DNA of 62,446 nucleotides, the filler included, from Sphacelaria rigidula (taxonomy: Eukaryota), in NCBI GenBank assembly GCA_964200075.2. It is 9 parts of 9 records of this genome, joined end to end, with 100 filler letters (N's around TTAATTAATTAA, not from the genome) between each part and the next. Parts side by side here need not be neighbours in the genome. Positions count along the whole stretch, not along the records: positions 55,598 to 62,446 come from CAXNAA020017777.1; 8 more parts are not named here. One strand, written 5' to 3'. Of the stretch, positions 60,787 to 62,446 are shown in pieces. The notes beneath the pieces were generated by a model. It did not search any database. It was not told where the DNA came from and worked only from the letters and a program-made list of their open reading frames with translations. The first letter of the stretch is position 1; each line of letters starts with the position of its first letter. Made by a program: the position numbers and the translations under genes.

Positions 60787-61923
60787 CCGGCTGGTTCACG
60801 CTCATCACCCAGAATTATGTCATCAGCACATAGCTTCCGCAATACCCACCCAATAGTCGCATACATGATATCATACGTACTGATCGCCATGGACAGCTGA
60901 AGAGCGTGACATAGCCGGATTTGCGTTTAGGGCCATAGTGGTGGCGCTAAAGGCGAAAAGGTACCTCGACAAATCAGCCTTCAAATTGTTCTGAAATCGA
61001 AAATATGAATTCCAAGCCCAATTTTCACCCAAGTCTTAACATGCTTTAAATCGTGGTAACTGCCATCAGCTCGGGGATCTAACGGAAAGAAGAGATTTCA
61101 AAATGGTTTATTACGGGGTCGAATTATACCCGAAACTGTGGTGTTTCGGTGATGTCGGGTTTCGGCGTCGTTTAAGTTCAACTCATGATTCGCACGAAAA
61201 AAATCCCAGGGAGCCTCGTGACGGTTTCCCTCATGTATGTCCTACAAAGGCTCAGATTGCCCTCAAACTTGGCAGTTCCGCAGGTATTGATACTCCGAAT
61301 GGAAAAATTGTATTCTTAACAATGTTTTAAAGATTCTCCGTTCTTTACTGGCATCCGATGGTCCGAGTGTGAAAACCCCGGAAGGTGGTACAGAATGCCT
61401 CAGAAGAAGAAGTAAAAATGATGCGTCCCGGGGTAGTCCAGGGAACATGTACCAAGTTTGGTCGAGAAAGTCGAACACCTCATACAATTTTTCTCGCCTT
61501 ACCGTTAAATTCACCCAAGAAAGTCGATTTCACACTAAGAGCATGTGGTTCGGAGTTTGCATGTTTCAAGCTCACGTCACGCACAAACGCGCAAAACTTC
61601 ACGCCGTTTTAGGAGTCAGACCCTGAAGAATTGCACGAATGTGCTATTGGTCACTACGCAACCTTCGATGGACGAGGCTTATTTACTTTTAGAAATTCTT
61701 ACCGTTTTTCGGGGGTCCACCTCGATCCAAGTTTCCTCTCAAACCCTGGGACCCCGCCAAAACGGTAAAAAAGGTGAACAAGTAGTGAGAAAAAACATCG
61801 ACCTCCGAATGTTACGCAATGACCCACAGCAAAATTGTGCAAAATTTCAGGGTCTAACGTCTAATAGCGGCGTGAAGTTTCTGCGGATGAGCGTTTGTAG
61901 GTTGACGAGCGTGAACCAGCCAG
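60787..61923 (+). mobile_element. Non-autonomous Tc1/mariner-type element (TA-flanked, 1137 bp)
   Basis: TA|CCGGCTGGTTCACGCTCATCA ... TGACGAGCGTGAACCAGCCAG|TA, a roughly 21-bp inverted repeat. Second copy of 56728-58251. Confidence 0.85.
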
Positions 61924-62446
61924 TATAATCAAACCTGGAGTGCACCGCGCGCTGTGCTCGGTAATCTAGGCACTTTCAATAATGTCGCACTATTCTGGAA
62001 ATCCGAATAAAGTCTGGTTATGGTACCCATTGGTCGCGGTTTGGTACAAAAATCAAGATACCCGAATTCTCGCTCGATTACGCTGTAAAATTTTGGACAT
62101 GTGGATGACATCAACACGAGAACAACTGTTTCGGCTTGGTAACTCGTCGCCGTTGGAAAGATACGGCCGGGAAAAATGTGGCGGAAAAAAAAATACAACA
62201 ATGAGTGTGATGTCCGCGCATCTTTGGAACTTCACGTATCTTGGATTTTTCGCTCGAGGTTTGAGAGTTAGGGGCTAAAATTATGAGCAGAGGTGAGAAT
62301 CGACGATGTGAAGGCCATCATCTGCAGAATATCCACCCCCCCACCCCCCCCCACTTCTGGTGAGACACCCATAAGGCAGTGTAGAAGCTGTGGCTGTCTC
62401 TGGAAGTGGCGATACCAGATAATAAAGTAACTCATTGTAGGCTGTC

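Overview
Eukaryotic, repeat-rich nuclear DNA. A brown alga or related stramenopile is my inference from the short exons, kb-long GT-AG introns, TTAGGG-like motifs and transposon content; it is not proven. The window is not one locus. It is nine scaffolds of 6850 or 6849 bp, in descending length order, joined by identical 100-bp linkers (N44-TTAATTAATTAA-N44), so adjacency across a linker means nothing biologically. Three partial host genes can be spliced by eye, all on the minus strand: a MOSC/mARC-family protein (last two coding exons), an MCM9-like helicase (three exons), and an unknown protein with a PKD/Ig-like motif (three exons). The rest is mostly decayed mobile DNA: a disrupted Ty3/gypsy element carrying a nested solo LTR, two non-LTR (LINE) families, tRNA-derived SINEs, hAT deletion derivatives, TA-flanked Tc1/mariner-type elements, several MITE/foldback families and a 97-bp hairpin tandem array. 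The most unusual signal is a LINE family that ends in a C-tract 5 nt after its stop codon rather than poly(A). Two of its short insertions have perfect target-site duplications that contain a genomic C-run at or next to their 5' edge, which suggests C/G-tract-targeted retrotransposition. No prokaryotic operon or CRISPR array is present.
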